Origin: Monocercomonoides exilis PA203
Taxonomy: Eukaryota; Protista; Preaxostyla
Reading direction: 5' to 3'
DNA length: 64,000 bases
NCBI GenBank assembly: GCA_001643675.2
Contig: LSRY02000013.1
Span: 1,488,001 to 1,552,000, forward strand
Each line of letters opens with the position of its first letter. Within the stretch, counting starts at the first letter, position 1. Below, in pieces: positions 61,988 through 64,000 of the stretch. The notes below the pieces were generated by a model, which was not told the DNA's origin, ran no database searches, and was given only the letters and a program-made list of their open reading frames with translations. A program made the translations under genes and the position numbers.

Positions 61988-63175
61988 TTGAACAATTTCG
62001 CTGTTTCTAAATTTTCCTTTCCTTTTGGCTTTTTCAATACAACTCTTCTTCTCATTTATTTCTTCTTTTTTTTCTTTTCTTCTCCCAAAACTAATCCAAC
62101 CCTTCCATCCCTTCCTTCTCCCTCACTCAATTCATTCATCTCAACAACAACCACTTCCACTCCCACCGTCATCAATATCAATGTGATCCCCTCCTTCTCC
62201 CTTCACTCATCTCTCTCCATCCACTCATCCATCTTCCTCCACACCCACAACTCCATCGATGGCGCCATTCTCCCAAACCTCAATGGCCCATCCACTTCTC
62301 TCTCTGCCTTCAATTCCTCTTTTCTTCACCAAACACGCTCTTCATCAAATGCCCCTGTTGTATATGAAGGAAATGAAACTCACAGAAAATCACCTGGAAG
62401 ATTGACTTCGTTTGATCTGAACAGCCATCGCTTCGAATGGTGCGAATGGAACGATTCAAATGGTGGAAGCGATTGGGGTGGAGCACTAAAAGTTAACTGC
62501 ACAAATGCAAATCTCACAATCACTTCCTGTACATTCAACAATTGTTCATGCACAGGTAATGGCCATGGTGGAGCGTTGTATTGTGAAAGTTCGTTAAAAA
62601 TTGATATCACAAAATCCAATTTCACAAGTTGTTCTGCTGCTCATGGAGGAGCAGTTCACGCAAGGAATCCGCAATCAAATTCTGTTTGGACATTCTCAGA
62701 AAACAGAGTGGAAAGTTGTTCAATAACAAACTATTGCGGAACTGGTTGGTATTTTGGGGTTGGTGGAATGCCATCAAATGCTCAATTCCTGTTTTCCAAA
62801 TGCAAGTGCATCTCAAATTCTGGTGGTGATTCTGCTGGTTCTCTCACATTCAATTACCCTCCAGGAACTAAGCCAAGTAAATTTTTGATAAATGATTGCC
62901 AATTTATAAACAACAAATTGACATCAAATTCAACTTCATGGGGAGGTGCTGCGCTTTGCTGTACAGCAACTTATTCCTGGATGAATGGAGTAAAATTCAT
63001 CACATTCTGTTTCTTTGATGGCAACACTGCGACGAATGGCAGGGGCAATGATGTGTTTTTCAATGGCAGTTCAATAGCCCAATCCCCATTCGAGAATTGT
63101 GGATCAACAACTCCAACACAAAGAGTGTGGAATTGTGGAACAGTTGAAAACGCTGGAAAAAATGACCAATTCTAG
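61988..63175 (+). CDS. Cys/GGA-repeat (beta-helix-like) protein, probably a truncated member of the large surface-protein family
   Basis: 395-aa ORF with FEWCEW, WGGAL, HGGAL and FCFFDGN..GNDV motifs shared with the N-terminal part of 498-8270; true start uncertain. Confidence 0.65.
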   Translation: MNNFAVSKFSFPFGFFNTTLLLIYFFFFFFSSPKTNPTLPSLPSPSLNSFISTTTTSTPTVININVIPSFSLHSSLSIHSSIFLHTHNSIDGAILPNLNGPSTSLSAFNSSFLHQTRSSSNAPVVYEGNETHRKSPGRLTSFDLNSHRFEWCEWNDSNGGSDWGGALKVNCTNANLTITSCTFNNCSCTGNGHGGALYCESSLKIDITKSNFTSCSAAHGGAVHARNPQSNSVWTFSENRVESCSITNYCGTGWYFGVGGMPSNAQFLFSKCKCISNSGGDSAGSLTFNYPPGTKPSKFLINDCQFINNKLTSNSTSWGGAALCCTATYSWMNGVKFITFCFFDGNTATNGRGNDVFFNGSSIAQSPFENCGSTTPTQRVWNCGTVENAGKNDQF

Positions 63176-64000
63176 CTTTTCTTTCCAAATTCTCCAATGA
63201 AATGCTTTTCATTCTTCCATCTCTTATTTTTTCTTTCTCTATCATCTCATCTCATCTCTTTCCTTCTTTTCTCTCTTTTTTCATATTTTTGATTTCTCCT
63301 TTAATTCAACGTTTTGTCTTCTTTGTTGTTCTGCTTTTCAATTTTTTCGCTTTTCAAGCATCTTCCTTTTCTTATCCAAATACATTTCTTTGTGTAAGTT
63401 GCTATTTCTTCTTTCCTCTTCTTCCTATTATTCTTTCTTTCTTTCGAAAAATCTCTTCAATCCTCAAAACCACATTTCCTTTCATAATTTTCAATAAAAC
63501 CAGGAACTGATTTCTCTTTATCTTCATTTGTATTTCTTCTGCTTCTTTATCTGATTTAGAAGAAGAAGAAGCCACAAAAGAGCAGGGCATTTCGACCAGT
63601 AAAGTTCAGCTGCCTCGCATTCAACTGTCTGTTATGACGATTGGTTAGAGGATTAAACAATAGAAGATATAAATTCTGGCTGCTAAATTGTTTTGGTGGC
63701 TGCTCTATCGAATTATTCAAATTTAGTGAATTAGATTGTTCATTCAATGCTTCTTCAAAAGATTCTGGTGTTTGTGCACTCGCAGCATCCTTCTCAGAAT
63801 CTTCTTCATTTTTCCTCCCTTTTCGTTCTCCCTTATCTTATACATCCTCCTTTCCCCTTATTCTCTTCTCCTCATTTCTCACCTTTCGATACGAGCACAC
63901 AGCCAAATGCGCCTGCATCTCTGTGTATTGTCGCAGCAAAGCCTCATCTTTCCCTTTCGTCTCTGTCACAACAGAATTTTTCATCATATAGCCTGAACTT

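Overview
AT-rich, intron-containing eukaryotic DNA read with the standard genetic code. The gene families and GTTTG-type introns resemble an oxymonad such as Monocercomonoides (inference). About 29 kb (14204-43147) is a three-level nest of DNA transposons whose junctions can be read base by base. (1) Outermost is a ~2.9 kb non-autonomous element with ~268-bp TIRs, GG..CC ends, an 8-bp TSD (GAAATTAA) and a captured host-gene fragment. (2) A pogo-type Tc1/mariner element (TA TSD, 49-bp TIRs) is inserted into its left TIR. (3) A giant 23.8-kb element (15585-39394; GGG..CCC ends, 28-bp TIRs, ATAT TSD) splits the pogo transposase. The giant element encodes an apparently intact Sola2-like DDD transposase with a ubiquitin-specific protease (USP) domain inside it and a second stand-alone USP gene. 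It also has a GC-rich structured-RNA candidate right after the transposase stop, two fixed-spacing palindromic sites bracketing the transposase, and ~15 kb of decayed host-gene cargo. Flanking host genes include a 2590-aa receptor-like pseudokinase, two copies of an expanded helical family, an AP-3 mu subunit, a PG-rich repeat protein, a long E/K/R-rich PH-domain protein and a Cys/GGA-repeat protein. No tRNA, rRNA or CRISPR array was recognised.
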